Source: Nemertoderma westbladi (lineage: Eukaryota; Animalia; Xenacoelomorpha). From it: a stretch of DNA of 64,000 nucleotides. The stretch covers positions 1 through 64,000 of the forward strand of contig JAUCBJ010001029.1 of NCBI GenBank assembly GCA_032718475.1, read 5' to 3'. A program made the position numbers and the translations under genes. The notes beneath the pieces are model-generated. The model did not search any database. It was not told the DNA's origin and saw nothing but the letters and a program-made list of their open reading frames with translations. Every line of letters begins with the position of its first letter. Position 1 is the first letter of the stretch. Below, piece after piece: positions 62,956 to 64,000 of the stretch.

Positions 62956-62964
62956 GGGGGGGGA
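62956..62964 (+). promoter_or_regulatory. Polypurine tract
   Basis: GGGGGGGGA one base before the 3' LTR TG. Confidence 0.85.
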
Positions 62965-62965
62965 C

Positions 62966-64000
62966 TGTTCGCGGTATTTCAACTTTCCATAACGCGAGTT
63001 GAATATTTTTGTATTTATTTAAAATTGATTATTCCGATATTACTACTGGGTGCGGGATCATGGGTTTTGGGCACGTTCAATAAACTGGGGGCGATTTATG
63101 GGCGAACTTTGGGGCAACTTACAGGGTACGGGAATAATTTCATAGTTATAAGGGCCAGGGGGGATGGAAAATGCAAGCAGTATTCAGGTTAGCCTGAGTA
63201 CTATTAGGCCCTGGCCAACTTCCTGCTGCCTGTAGGGGTGGATTTGGTAATGCGCCAGGCCTAAAGGACAAGGACTGCCCTTAGCGGTCCCTGGCCAACG
63301 GCAGCTACTACGAGACTGAAAAGAACTCGGAACGCTGACTGCTTGTGTCAGGGATTTGCGACGGGCACCGACGGCCCCTTAGTAGCCAAGCCGTTCTGGT
63401 TCTCGATGATCGAACCCCGGGGTTCGTGAGGGGTGGAGCGGACACGCGAACAGGTGGCCAACTAACGACTGCCCCCTGACCTAAGCCGTACTGGTTCTCG
63501 ATGACCGATCCCTTCGGGGTTCGTGAGGGGTGGGACGGACATGCGAAAGGGCTGGCCACAGGACTGGTTTGACAAGGACTGCCCTTAGCGGTCTCGGGTC
63601 AACGGCAGCTACTACGAGCCTGAAAAGAACTCGGAACGCTGACTGCTTGACTGGGATTTGCGACGGGAACCGACGACAGACCCCTTAGCCAAGCCGTTCT
63701 GGTTCTCGATGATCGTTCCCTTCGGGGTTCGTGAGGGGTGGAACGGACACGCGATGGGGTCAAAAGACAAAGGACTAGACTCGACTAGACTCTACTGGCC
63801 TACCGACTGTTCGGAGCAGTTTCTCGGCTGCCGAAGCGACTACGAGCCTGAAACGGACTCGGAAAGCCTAGGTGGTTGGGTTTCTGTGATGAACTGACGG
63901 ACCCCTAGCCAAGCCGTTCTGGTTCTCGATGATCGAACCCTTCGGGGTTCGTGAGGGGTGGAACGGACACGCGAACGGGTCCACCGACACGACAGACTCC
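62966..64000 (+). repeat. 3' LTR (partial)
   Basis: Near-identical to 50409-51443. Confidence 0.95.

Larger units (their letters stand above)
50409..64000 (+). mobile_element. BEL/Pao LTR retrotransposon (>13.6 kb) with extra ORFs; 3' LTR runs off the window
   Basis: Two LTRs starting TGTTCGCGG; domain order gag-PR-RT-RH-IN; PPT present. Confidence 0.95.

Overview
AT-rich metazoan (invertebrate-like) genomic DNA, not prokaryotic. It holds three spliced host genes on the + strand: the 3' exons of a BICD-related gene (BICDL1-like, 3.3-4.5 kb), NIF3L1 (17.0-20.7 kb, two frameshifts in exon 1), and the first exon of VPS16 (28.6-29.8 kb), whose intron apparently runs past the window end. The rest is repeats: a minimal hammerhead ribozyme, minisatellites (315, 51, 28 and 46 bp units), RTE and CR1/L2 LINE fragments, SINEs, an 8-bp-TSD MITE family, an intact-looking Sola DNA transposon, an orphan virus-like ORF cassette bracketed by RTE 3' ends, and a ~20-kb 13/19-bp satellite into which two BEL/Pao-type LTR elements have inserted. 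The most interesting object is the young BEL/Pao element (50409 to beyond 64000). It has a stop/start-coupled uORF, gag-pol, and an extra ORF encoding a DEDDy 3'-5' exonuclease with zinc knuckles. It also carries several families of covarying structured-RNA modules: six box C/D-type kink-turn/UUCG hairpins per LTR, a loop-E/GNRA hairpin dispersed through the LTR and three coding regions in two reading frames, and two nested motifs between integrase and the exonuclease. All calls were made by eye; no database searches or folding programs were run.
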